A stretch of DNA of 64,000 nt from Amphiscolops sp. MND2022 (lineage: Eukaryota), in NCBI GenBank assembly GCA_964187785.1, contig OZ076409.1:19904001-19968000 (forward strand), in the 5' to 3' direction. The notes beneath the pieces are model-generated. The model saw only the letters and a program-made list of their open reading frames with translations. It was not told the DNA's origin and searched no databases. Of this stretch, positions 25,913 through 37,600 are shown in pieces; the first letter of the stretch is position 1, and each line of letters starts with the position of its first letter. Made by a program: the position numbers and the translations under genes.

Positions 25913-28014
25913 CTTTCAAAATGAGCGAAGCCAATGGCAGGTAAAGTTTATTTCAGTGTATGCTTTGAAAAACAAACAATATTTCCATAAAAGGAAACTA
26001 CATTTTTACCAATTTATGTTAAGTAGCATAACAGTTCAAAATCTAGTGCGATGTATGAACATTTTCCTGTAAGCTCGTTATTAGGACGTTGACTGAGCTT
26101 CAAAAGTCCACAATTATCGAGATGCAAATATCCACATCATGTCAAGTTGAAATGAAAGTCTGTAATATGATAAAAGTAATAACCAAATTATATTGCCTGT
26201 ACCATTATGGTATCAACTATACCATGGCATGGCAACTAAATAATAGCAAGAGCAATCTCGCTCGAACCCTTTTAGTTCGCGTTTTATTTCTTATTTCTCC
26301 TCCCCCTCCAATGATTCGCTAGTTTCTTTCAAAACAGATCGTTGTTAGCGTAATTGGATAAGAACCGTTTGAGGAAGCAAACAAAAATATTTCTTCAGCA
26401 GAAAAAAAGGAAATGACTAGCGCAATTTGTAGCGACCGATAAATTATGAAAATGGATTGGCGTTTGTGAGCTAAACCGTTAGATGATAAGCTAATGCTTG
26501 AAACTGCGTTCACCAGCGCCAAAGAAAAACGCTGAGAAAGGAAATGAGGAGAAAATAACAAATTGAGCAATAATTTCTCTATAAAAAAACGACAGCAAGG
26601 AAATGCGATGCGACAAAAAATGCGGAGACAATGGGAACCATAAATAAGGAAAAGAAATGGCGCGAAGGTTGAAAGGAGGAAGATTTTACACTTGTGTGTT
26701 TGACAGTTTTCGAACAGGAAATAAGGGATGAACACAAGCGACGAAGCCGCTAAACTTAAGGCGGCGGTTGTGACTGCGATTCTATGGGTTAAGATATAGT
26801 GTGGAGTTTAAGGGCTGTATAAGTTGTATAACTTGAAGGTGGATGCGGAGACAAAGGTTGCAACTTCAACTTATAAAGACTTGCAAGTGCAGTTAACCAA
26901 GCACCAATTGCAACGTATCTCATCAGAACTACTTTTCATTTTTGTGGTGCCAGTGAAAATTCTTCTTTTTTTCCCTTTTTTGCCGCCACTGTTTTTCAGC
27001 TAGCTAATCGATGCATTGCAGTAGTGTTGACTGCGTTCTAACACACTGCTCTGTATGCTATTGTTCGTTCGGCAACCCGCCTGCCGATTTAAATCCCAAT
27101 CTACGCGTACCTGCCTTCTCTAACGAGTGAAACAGTAAGTGACGGCTTTTCTCCATTGATGTTAAGCAGAACAGTAGTAAACAAATAACGCCCGAAGAGT
27201 AAGAAGAGAGAGAAAAAGAAAATGAAGAAGCGTCGGAAGAATTCAGATGGTGCTGTCTTCAAATTGCTATCAACTTGCAATTTTACCAGCTACAAAAATA
27301 CCATTGGTCAACCAGTGGTACGAGCATAAAAGACAACCAAGTGCTCCAGCCAATTTTATGACACCGCCACAACCGCAGTTTAAATTCGAAAACTGTGATT
27401 GGATCACGTCATTTAATTCGCGGTTGTGGTTTCCGTACATTCATTCCAGCTAGGCAGGCCGGTTGTTCTAACGGTTCCGTTTGAACATTCTCAAGGAGCT
27501 ATAAAACAGCGAAACAGTTCTTTCTTCTTTTGGAAGCTAAAGTGGTAAGTATTACTTACCAAGGAAATTGGACAGATTCTGCCACTTATGAAATTATCTC
27601 CATTTGTGAGGATTTACTTTGCGTGGAGCAAAATTTACTTGAAGTTATTTAAAGCTGCGAAACTTTTTACTCACCAAATAATTGTTCCGGAAGTTAATTC
27701 ATGGAAAAAATTATTAAAAGATCTAAAATATAGACTGAATGAACTATATTCATGAAATATTTTTTGGAAGCCGATTATTCTAGATAGATTCATAATATCC
27801 GGGTATTTTTATGCTCTTGAATTAAAAACAAATCTATTCAAGAATCATTCAAAGAATTAAAAAATCAAATTAAAGAAGCAGAATCTAGCAACAAAAATTG
27901 TATTTGTAAGTTTTATGATTTGGTGAAATTACTATTGAGTTAGTATATTGACTTCCACTTGAAAGAAATAGTTATTGGGAAAGGCTTCAAGGCATGTTTG
28001 TCGGTATTAAGATC

Positions 28015-28174
28015 ACTGCCCAATCGTTTCAGGATTGTGGCACAATTGATTCCGGTCAACGCTTTTAACGGTCTAACTGTTCGGTTCATTGATCTACGTA
28101 TAAAATGAGGCCCACAAAAACTTCTTGAAAGATCCTGCAACCTGCCAAATCCCAACCTGAAACGATTGGGCAGT
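28015..28174. mobile_element. 160-bp MITE-like element with 19-bp terminal inverted repeats
   Basis: ACTGCCCAATCGTTTCAGG (28015-28033) / CCTGAAACGATTGGGCAGT (28156-28174); no clear TSD. Confidence 0.7.
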
Positions 28175-28269
28175 CCTTCGACCAGGTATTATTCACTCAA
28201 ACGAGTTTAATGAATTTATTCAGAAAAAAGATCATGGAGATTTTTATTTTTTGAAAACAACAGTTCAAA
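28170..28269. repeat. 100-bp direct repeat, left copy (flanks BEL element)
   Basis: GCAGTCCTTCGACC...CAGTTCAAA, one mismatch to 32442-32541. Confidence 0.95.
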
Positions 28270-30087
28270 CAACGGCATATTGTCCAGGGTGCTGGGTGTG
28301 GTGTCTTCGATAGTTCGAGGCCATAAATGTGAAGGCAACTTGAGAAAAGCTGGTCCATTCATCCATTGTGAGTGCTTGAGTTCTGTTGTCTTGATTCCTC
28401 GGGTTCCTTCGTCGGCTGGATTGAGTTTTGTAGGTACGTATTTCCAATCATCTATAGCTGTCGTGTGTCGTATTTCGTGTAGTCGATTGGCAATATACGT
28501 TTTCTGTCGGTTGTTAATGTTGTAGATCCAATGTAAGACAACTGTGCTGTCAGTCCAGTGTGTGATCTTTGAGACTGACAGGGTCGTGTTTTTGATGAAT
28601 GCTCTTTGTAATCGGCATGAGTAGACGGCTGCTTGTAGTTCCAGTTTTGGAATGGTCTGTGGTTTCAGTGGGGCGACTCTTGTTTTTCCCATGACGAATT
28701 TCGTTTGGTAGACTGTTTTGTGTGCGAATCGGATGAAAATGACTGTGGCGAGGGCCTGAGTTGAGGCGTCGCAGAAGACGTGTAGTTCTATTGGCTGAGC
28801 GGTTGGCAGATTGTAATATCGAGGGATCTTCATTTCATTCAAATGTGCTGTATCAGTGGTCCATTCCTTGACGAATTGTTGAAGGTCTTCTGGTAGTTCG
28901 TCGTCCCAATGTTGTCCGTTTCTCCATATCTCTTGTAACTTTACCTTCATGACAATTGTGACAGGTGCTGTTATTCCCAGTGGGTCAAAAAGTTGTGTAA
29001 TGAGTCCTGACAGTTTGCGTTGAGTCCATTTCTGGAGGATGTCCGGGTTGTGTTTGTTTATATGAGCTGCAAACATGTCGGTGAGCGGAAACCAGGAAAC
29101 TCCCAGTACCTTTTGTCTGTTGTTCTTTGTGAAGATTTCGTCTTTCTCGTTCGTCAATAGGGTTTCATCCAGTTCATTGCAGAATGCACGGGAATTGCTA
29201 CACCACTTGATAAGGTTGAAGGAGTGGCTTCCTAAAACGTGTCTTAATCGTTGATGTAGTTGTAGTGCTTCTTCGGTTGATCCAACGGATTTCAGAAAAT
29301 CGTCCATGTAGAAGTCTGTTGTCACGGTTTCGAGAACATCTGGATAGTTCTTCGCGTTGTCTCTGGCTGCTTGTTGTAAAGCGTAGATGGCGCAAGCGGG
29401 TGAATCTCTGGCACCAAATATGTGTCTTTGGTATTCGAATTCCTTCGGTGGTTTGTTGAAGTCGTCGATCCACAAAAATTGCAAGAATTTGCGATCTTCT
29501 TTCCGGACTCCAACTTGCATGAAAAAACCTTCTATGTCGGCGGTGATGATTATTGGCTTCTCGCGACTGCGTAGTATGATTCCAACTAGGTCGTTCAGTA
29601 GGGCGGGTCCAGGTAGTAGATGATCGTTGAGGCATGTTCCATTGAAGACAGCGGCGGCGTTCGCAATGCGGCGAATCTTTCCAGGTTTCGCCGGGCTAAC
29701 TATTCCATAGTGTGGTAGAAACCACTTTGTGTTGTCTTCCTCTTGTTCTCCGTTGATTTCTTTGATGTATCCTTTGTCCGAATCTTTCTGTATTTCTTTT
29801 CTGTAGAGCTGTGCTAGGTCGTCGTCTTCTTTGAGTTTCCTCTGTAGGGACTTCAGATGGTTTTCGGCGTAAATGCGATTGTTTGGCAGTTCCTCAGTTG
29901 ACTTCCAGAGGAGTCCTGTTTCGAATCGTCCTTCATCTGTTTTGCGGCAGGTGTCTGCGAGTATTTCAAGTGCTTTGTCTTCGTCGTTAGTCGTTGGGTC
30001 TTCGGTTGCTGCTCTGGGTCCATAAGATTCCACTTTCCACCAACTTTTGACATCTTCAAACAGTTGTTGGTCGTGGCTTTCACATGT
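28270..30087 (-). CDS. BEL/Pao polyprotein C-part: reverse transcriptase and RNase H (same frame, after one premature TAA)
   Basis: Motifs LNDHLLPGP, ADIEGFFMQV, IFGARDSP, FYMDD, FDPLG, HVFCDAS, TIPKLELQAA, WTDS, NPAD. The frame continues across the stop at 30088-30090 as TCESHDQQLFEDVKSWWKVESYG. Confidence 0.92.
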
Positions 30088-32283
30088 TTAGCAAAAATAG
30101 ACATCATTCGTTGGTGTACAATGCTGATTCGGTCCAGCGACGGTCCATCCGAGGCGGCTTCTGACGGCAATGGGTTGCTCTGTGTTTCCTTCCCGAATTT
30201 CTCTAGCTATAATGAGAGCATACATGTCGCATCCAAGTAGTGCTTCTACGTTCAGGTTGTTGAGCTGTGGCATTTGGATGTCTATGAGATGTCCATATTT
30301 GTCGGCTATCTGTTTGGGGTGTTCTTTAACTGTTGGCAGTTGGTCGTTGTCGACTATGTAGACGTTTCTCCATTTATGTGTTTCTCTGTTTTCGATATCA
30401 GATAGTTGTAGATCAACTACGGTACTGTTGATTGTCTGTGTTGCGTTGAATCCTTTAATCTTCAGTGTCGTTGTTGTCTTCGGGGTGAGTTTCAGCTTTT
30501 CTGCTATGTCCTTTGTGAGGAAGCTTGACGTACTTCCACTGTCAAGTAGAGCATACACTGCTGTAGAGCGGTGTTGATTGTGCAGGTTGATTGGTAAAAT
30601 CTGCAAAGTGGCTGCTGGCTGATGTGTCTCTGTTCTGTAGTTTTCGGCTTCTGTGTTCCTTTGAAGGCAGTTGTTTGTCGATACCTTTTGTGTCACGTGA
30701 ACTGATGCAGTTGTTCCTTTGTGGTTCGGGCTTTTGTCTTGAGATGCTTCCAGTGGCTGATTTCTGTTGTTTGTTCTGAATCCTTGTCTTCCGGTGAGGT
30801 GTGATGAGCTACCGGCTATCTGGAAGTCTCTATGAAGTAAAGTGTTGTGTCGTTTATTGCAGTTGCTATGTTGGCAGTTCTTCTTTGAAGGGCAGTTGGC
30901 AATGCGGTGGTCTTTATTCAGGCAGTTGAAACAGAGACCACTGTTTCTTGTAGTCATCTGTCTCTCTTCCGGGCTCTGTGCGATGAAAATTGGGCATTTG
31001 AAAATTTGGTGTCGTCCATCTCCAAGAGGGCAGGTTGCTGATTGACTTGTTGATCCTTTGCTGTTGATGGTCTGTGTTGTGAATGTCTGTAGTGTATGTA
31101 GTTGTTGGTTATCATTGTCTTCTAGTAGCTCGTATGCTTCTGCTATCGGCTTCAACCAATCGCAGAAGGTAATCAAATTTGGTCGGTCGATGCGGCGGTT
31201 GACGATGTATTGTTGCCATCGTATAAGATCTGAGGTGGGTAATTTCTTGATGGCATGTCGCAAGTTTGTTGTTGATTCCAGGTCAGCTGTGAGTTCTAAG
31301 TGCTGCAGATTGCGGATCATTCCTTTGATGAATGTTGTGTAGTTGATGTATGATTCAGGGTTACCTTTGATTGGTGGTTGGTGGTCCAGGAGTTGTTGTA
31401 TGTACGCATTGACAATTGTCGTTGCTTTTCCAAATTTTCTTTCGAGTTCCTGCAGGGCATCATTGTAGAATTGTCCGTTGCAGTGGAAATGAAGAATGGC
31501 GTCTTTTGCTTTTCCTGTAACTAATCCTTGTAGATACGCGATCTTCTGGCTGTTGCTGAGTGGCGTGTTGCCGATCATGAAGTCGAAGCGACTTCTCCAA
31601 TCAGACCACTGTAGAGGGTCCCCAGTGTAGGGTTCAATGTTCATCTTTGGCAGTGTGTTCAAGTAGGGTCCAAATGTCAGGTCATATGGTATTCCATAGT
31701 GGTCTGCGGTGGCATTCGTAGCTGCATGGACTGCGGATGCTGTTGGCAGTGACCCTTGTCGATCCTCTTGGTTGTCTGCTGCATTTGCTTGACGATTGTT
31801 GACAGTCTGTGGGGTTGAGTTGCTGTTGTCCGGTTGGGTCTGTTGTCGTCTGTGATCTTCTTCATCGTTGGTTGCGTCGAAATTGATATTGGCTGCACGT
31901 TCTGTTTGATTGTTAGCGACGTCGAGTTGTTGATTAGCTGTCATGGTTTGAAAAGTGGGCGCTTGCGTTATGTTCGCCTGTGTTTCGCTGAGGTGCATAC
32001 TTTTCTGCGCAAGCTCATCGACTTGTAGATGAAATTGCGAGTGCTGGTCGATCAGTTCGGTTTGTTCTTCTGCTGGGGTTTCGTCAATTGCTTCATAAGT
32101 TTTCTCTTCTATGTCTTCAAGTCTTAGTTGTACTGTGTTTTTGTAATGGTTAATTGCAATAATGTTTGGCTTTTCTGACTCTAATTCTTTTGAAATACTG
32201 TTCAACGCTGACTCCATTTTAGTTTTTGCAATGTGAAGTTTTGCCTTTATTGTGGCGATTGACTTTTTCGGGGGCATGTTCAT
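30088..32283 (-). CDS. BEL/Pao polyprotein N-part: Gag (DUF1759-like), CCHC knuckles, aspartic protease
   Basis: 731 aa: YTGDPLQWSDW...KIAYLQGLVTGKAK, CFNCLNKDHRIANC, CNKRHNTLLH, ALLDSGS, SRLGWTVAGP. Confidence 0.92.
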   Translation of the reverse strand: MNMPPKKSIATIKAKLHIAKTKMESALNSISKELESEKPNIIAINHYKNTVQLRLEDIEEKTYEAIDETPAEEQTELIDQHSQFHLQVDELAQKSMHLSETQANITQAPTFQTMTANQQLDVANNQTERAANINFDATNDEEDHRRQQTQPDNSNSTPQTVNNRQANAADNQEDRQGSLPTASAVHAATNATADHYGIPYDLTFGPYLNTLPKMNIEPYTGDPLQWSDWRSRFDFMIGNTPLSNSQKIAYLQGLVTGKAKDAILHFHCNGQFYNDALQELERKFGKATTIVNAYIQQLLDHQPPIKGNPESYINYTTFIKGMIRNLQHLELTADLESTTNLRHAIKKLPTSDLIRWQQYIVNRRIDRPNLITFCDWLKPIAEAYELLEDNDNQQLHTLQTFTTQTINSKGSTSQSATCPLGDGRHQIFKCPIFIAQSPEERQMTTRNSGLCFNCLNKDHRIANCPSKKNCQHSNCNKRHNTLLHRDFQIAGSSSHLTGRQGFRTNNRNQPLEASQDKSPNHKGTTASVHVTQKVSTNNCLQRNTEAENYRTETHQPAATLQILPINLHNQHRSTAVYALLDSGSTSSFLTKDIAEKLKLTPKTTTTLKIKGFNATQTINSTVVDLQLSDIENRETHKWRNVYIVDNDQLPTVKEHPKQIADKYGHLIDIQMPQLNNLNVEALLGCDMYALIIAREIREGNTEQPIAVRSRLGWTVAGPNQHCTPTNDVYFC

Positions 32284-32297
32284 TCAAAATTGTCGGA

Positions 32298-32307
32298 GGG
32301 GTCACCA
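32298..32307 (-). promoter_or_regulatory. Primer-binding site complementary to tRNA-Trp 3' end
   Basis: Minus strand TGGTGACCCC, 4 nt after the LTR-terminal ...CTACA; matches the first 10 nt of the canonical tRNA-Trp PBS (TGGTGACCCCG). Confidence 0.75.
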
Positions 32308-32311
32308 AAAA

Positions 32312-32441
32312 TGTAGAAGAAAATTGGAATGATCTTACTTTAAATGGGGGTCGAAACTCTTGACGTTGATGAATCACTTTATTCAATATTAACAATGATT
32401 AATAATGGCACGTGGCAAATTATTCAAAGATTTCCATTACA
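32312..32441 (-). repeat. 5' LTR of the BEL element (130 bp, single copy)
   Basis: TGTA...TACA termini, AATAAA on the element strand, abuts the PBS on one side and the 100-bp repeat on the other. Confidence 0.7.
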
Positions 32442-32541
32442 GCAGTCCTTCGACCAGGTATTATTCACTCAAACGAGTTTAATGAATTTAATCAGAAAAA
32501 AGATCATGGAGATTTTTATTTTTTGAAAACAACAGTTCAAA
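32442..32541. repeat. 100-bp direct repeat, right copy
   Basis: Matches 28170-28269; begins at the base right after the LTR terminus ...TTACA. Confidence 0.95.
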
Positions 32542-33953
32542 AGAACAGCAGTTTTTAGGACATTAGACAGACTTGGCAGGTAGATTGAAACTAAATTGGA
32601 AAATCGCTATCGAAAACTCACGTTTTCGATCACAGACAGGTTTACATTCAAATAATAACAGCTCAATTCAGTCCAACGCTTCGTTTCCAGACGTATTTTG
32701 ATGTTTCGTTTACCTACATTTGATCTTTCGATTTGAGCGAAAAATGATACGTGTACCGTTTTTTGCGAAAGACAAAGCAGTAGAATGAATTAGAATGCAC
32801 TGATAGCAAAGAAGGAAAATTTCCGCATTGAAGAAGATCGTTATCTCAAGTGATGAATTGCCAATTCGAAAGAAACATCTCAAACTTCTGATACCATGTA
32901 ACTATAAAATCTATCACGTTCAATGGAGTAGTCACAAATTCAATACGTTTTTCACAACGCTCTAAACGGAACGAAAGTCGGAAAAAACAACAACCCCAGT
33001 TCAGTTGAGTTTCAATACACTTTTTGCAAGAAGCTGTCAGATTTCACCTATTTTACGTCTGTAAGGTAAACTAACAAAAAAATTACCAAGCTTTGCGACG
33101 GCCTGGTTGACAACTTGCGGACAATTCCAAAACAAATTTGTCCAGGAAAAGCACTTGCAAATTCCACTACAAACAATAACATTGAAATATCATTCTTTTT
33201 TAATCTTTCAAAATTTGTTGTTAAGTTTCTTCCTTTTTAGAATGTAGATGATTCCACTCAATGCGTTGGAGTTCAAATGAACGTTTTCCCTTTTCAAGTG
33301 CTTATAATTAAACACTTGCCTGGCAGTTCTTCTGCATTTCCTGCCTTCTTGCCAAGAAGCTAGTAAACAATCACCTTCCTTTGCTTGATGAGGTTGAGAG
33401 TGGCATAAAGGTATGTTAAGTACAAAAACCTTTTCGGCCTACGTTAATAAAAACTTTTCAAGATTGGACGTATGTCGAATTAATTTTTGTGGTGTTGTAG
33501 CAATTAAATTGCTACCGCCTATGAGTAGAACGTTGATGTCATAAAGATATTTCTTGGAATTGGAATCGTAACCGTGTTCTACTTTAGCTCCAGGGAGTGA
33601 TAAATGTTAAAAATTGCTATATCGAGCCCCTTTCTTTGGCAATCAGAAACTAACAGGTTTCTGGTTCTTGAAACTTCGAATAGATGATATCGCATCTGTC
33701 CTCACTTAAAAAATCAGCTAGAGTTATTATGAATAATGTTCGTAGTGGGTGAAGCAATTACTGAATCTTTTACTTTCCACTTATTGTGTTTAACGAAAAT
33801 AAAGTAACTTTGAAATTGTACAGCGTGACCAAAGGAATCATCTTAGTTGTCTCGATGAGAGGTGGCGTGGATGATCTGCTAAACCAAACGATCCGATAAG
33901 TCCAATTCCTTGCGTCCACGATAACTTTCTGAAGCAAGAATATCGCAACCGTT

Positions 33954-34028
33954 GAAATTCCAACATAGTGTTACCATTTTTACACATGGTGACCATGTGT
34001 AAAACTGGTAAAACGATGTTGGAAGTTC
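33954..34028. repeat. Imperfect ~75-bp palindrome (1-nt spacer)
   Basis: TTCCAACATAGTGTTACCATTTTTACACATGGT-G-ACCATGTGTAAAACTGGTAAAACGATGTTGGAA, 3 mismatches in 33-bp arms. Confidence 0.85.
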
Positions 34029-34679
34029 GAACAATATAGTATCACTTGCTCGACTCTGAAGAAGCTCTTCAATGGCCAGAGTTCACTGAAATAATTGCGT
34101 GACAAGTTCCCAAGCTTCCATTTTCTTCAATACTTGAGTACCAAAGTCAACCGAAATATCTCATGGCGAATGTTTGTAGTAATAATTTTGATGACTCTAA
34201 AAGCGCCTGGTATATAGAGCAAATTGATATAAGTTACCTCTCTGAGTTGCAGATATACACCAAATGATGTAAAAGTATATATGAAAAGCATACGTATAGG
34301 CAAGATTAGGACATACTTTTACACGTGTTACTTGCTGTTAAATAATAAAGAAGGTTAGCAAACAGTACTAGTGGGCTCTTTGAACACCCACGCAAGCCAA
34401 ATAAAACTTACATAGTGAAATGTTTGCCAAAACATAGAATAACTCACAGGAAAAGCACAAGGTCCATCAAAAAGCTCGAAGCCAGGTCAACCACGGGTAT
34501 TTTGGACAAAACATTTTCTTGTCCAATTTTTTTAAATATTACCCAACTGATCTGGTCAGAAACGAGACTACCCAAAAATTATGGCCAATTTCCACTTGTT
34601 CACAATATTAGAGCACTTTGCGGCTAATCTGACAAATTTTTCGCAAAGTTTCCTAAATCTCATTTGAGGCGCCAGCAAT

Positions 34680-37600
34680 GCCCGCTCCGTTTTCATAATG
34701 AAAACGCTTTTCAAAAAGTGGGGGCAACATACCATTAGGTCTGTTCAAGGGCCCATTCCCAGTTTTGATAGATGCTGATTTCATAATACTATCTTTCCAG
34801 GGTATACTTCCAAGACGCGTGATATTTTGTAGTTAGACCTTTGACAGTGCCTTCTAGCAATCAAACAAGATCTCCAAGTTGAAGATTTGGTTCTGATATG
34901 TTCCATTGTGCTCTTACATTGTTCTGAATAAAAAAGATATTCTTTGACCAATCGTTACCAAATCATGTCTGCATAAACTTGACTCTATCTAAACATCTTT
35001 CTTTGATCAGAATAAACCTCTGTGTTTAGAATAGATGCAAATCAAATATTTGTACAACAGAGAATAAAATGGTTCGGTGTTGGTGATTCAAAATCTTCGG
35101 GATCATCGCTTGCTGGAGTGATAGGACGTGCATTCTATGTTTGTTCCACTAACGACTAAGTAGCCAAATAAACTTGTTAGAAAAGGATTACCCATTATAG
35201 CCACAATTACTTTTTGGCAGCTTTTAACCAATGTCTCCTATACACTACCAAAATGCAGCGACGCAGTGGGTTAAACTTCCATACAATGTGCTTTTGAGCA
35301 TGCTGTGAAGTACGTTGATCATGATTCGACGAGTTGACGTACTCTTTGAACTCTTTTCAGATCCAACGAAGTTAGTACCATCATCGATTATGATGGTAGT
35401 CGGCTTGCCATTACTAGCAAAAACCTGTTTATAGCTACCAAGCAAAAATCTGTGTCTAGGATTCAAACGACTCCAATATGCACAGCTCTGGTAGTCAAAC
35501 AAGTAAATAAACAGCACAAACGTTTCATATCTCCTCGAAACAAGTTAACTTCAAACGGACCAAAATAATCCTCAAATTTGTTGGTGAATGGATATGACAA
35601 TGAAGTCTTCCTGGTGTAGGTAGGCTATGAGTGGGGTTTTATTCGGTGCTGGTACTTTGCGACAGAATACACAACTAGTTTTGACACTCCTCGAGACATT
35701 TCGTTACCCTATTATTCACAAATTTTGGTGAATACGTTACTCACAAACTCTCCGCCTTCAAAGTGATGATCTCGCAACATGGTTATTACCATGTCACGTT
35801 TCGTAGATAACAATACTGGGTGACGTTGGTCAAATTTCAAGTTGGCATGTATGACGTTACCCTTAATTCTGACAACCGCTTTTTCATCAAAAAAATGTGC
35901 AATTTTTGAGAGATTTCCGCCTTTTTTAGATTTACCGAATCTTTCGTTTTCACCGAAAACCTCCGGAAAAGATTCCTTTTGAATATTTTTCACAATTCTT
36001 TCTTCTGCTCAATTCAATTCTTCATTGAGCAAAACTTTAGATTGACTTTTATACTTCAAACACAACCAAAGTGCAATACCACGCACGCATTTCCAAAAAC
36101 TATTGAAATTATTCCAGTAAACTGGTAGCTCCTGTGTCACACTTGTGATTGCAAGTACTGCAACTTCAGCATGATCATCAGAAAACGCTCACGTTGATTG
36201 GCTGCAAAGATAATGGCCAATCATCAGGTTAGTCTTTCAACCAAAAACGTCCAGTTAACCGTTTACTTTCAGATAACTTCTCAATGGTTATCCCGCGAGT
36301 TCCAATATCAGATGGATTCAATTCGCCTCGCACAGGTTTGAGGATGTTGGAAAATCACTTCCTGAGGAGCGAGGTTTGTTTTATTGTCTGCATCTCTTTT
36401 ACCCACTCGAGATAGATTAGCTGATCTTCTTCGTATATCTTTTCATTCCATGAATACTTTTTAAAAGCATTTTTATTCGCATGGTAATCGGCGAAAAGAT
36501 TCCGATGGGATCAAATACCGACAAAACAAAAAATAGACGACCCTTTGCTTTACTTCTTGAGGACTTTTTTTTGTCGGTCATCTGCAGACATAAGGACTAT
36601 CCGCATTTTTTATGCGTTCGAAACGAAGGGTGATGACTCAGCACTCAAAGTTATTTCATTAGGTTCCAAGTGGTCTTCTGAAGGGGGATAAATACAATAA
36701 CATCAGGACAATTACTCGCCCACTTCTTCAGAGTGAAGCCAGTGCGCTTCAGTGTTTCCATCAACTGCTGATAACATTGAATGGCCTCTTGTGGTGAACT
36801 AACGCACTTGACAAGGTTGTCCCTGTGGAAAATTCTGTCTATTGTAGCGGATGCTACAGGAATTTCCCTTTTGATACCTTTGCATTGTTAAAAGCCATGA
36901 TTGGCTCACCTTGGGGAACTCTTTGCTGAAAACACATGCCTTTTGTACCCGAAACTTCCCATGTTATCATCTGGTTTATACCGCCAGTGAAAACGTACAA
37001 TACTACATTCTTGCTTTGGTACTGCCACTCCTCCTAAAAACATAGACTCGATATCGGCAATGATTGCTATCAGATGTTCGCTGAACCTCTAAGTTGCACA
37101 ATAAATCAGGTCCATTGAAAAGTTTATCATTCAGCGAAGTTCCTCTAAACTTTGAACTCGTTTTACAAACTATTCTGACCTTGTCTTGCTTGTGTGGATG
37201 CTTGACAGGATGATGAGTTGACTACCATTGCATATCATTTTCTGTATTTACAACTTTTTCTTGTTCTAAGAATAAAATTATGTTCCAAGACCTTTTGAAT
37301 AGTACCGTTGTATGCTTTTCTCAACTCTGGATCCTTGCCTAATCTTTTCTCCCTTGACAAAAACTGTTGGTAAGCAGATTAATAGTTATTCGGCAGACTA
37401 GGATTGTCGTCGGCCCAGAGAAGTCCTACTTCATAACGTTCACCGCTATGCTTTGAAGTACATTCCAAAGTGAAGCCACTGCGCTTCAGTGTTTCCACCA
37501 ATTGCTGACAACATTCAATGGCCTCTTGTATGGTATCAACACTCTTAACAAGATCGTTCATTTAGAAGTTTCTGTCTATTGTAGCAGCTGCTACGGAAAA

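Larger units (their letters stand above)
28270..32441 (-). mobile_element. BEL/Pao LTR retrotransposon, 3'-truncated (no integrase, no 3' LTR)
   Basis: 5' LTR, PBS and gag-PR-RT-RNase H polyprotein; the sequence breaks just after the W..GP.FL..P...WP motif. Confidence 0.93.

Noticed and set aside
24499..26072. Plus-strand ORFs overlapping the 503-aa ORF
   Set aside because: Antisense shadows of the minus-strand coding exon.
26319..26735. 138-aa hydrophobic ORF
   Set aside because: F/L/I richness is explained by T-rich composition; no motif, non-ATG start.
28170..28269. 100-bp repeat read as the paired LTRs of the BEL element
   Set aside because: It lacks TG..CA ends and a PPT; a separate TGTA..TACA segment abuts the PBS; the repeat overlaps the neighbouring MITE end. 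Not fully excluded without other copies.
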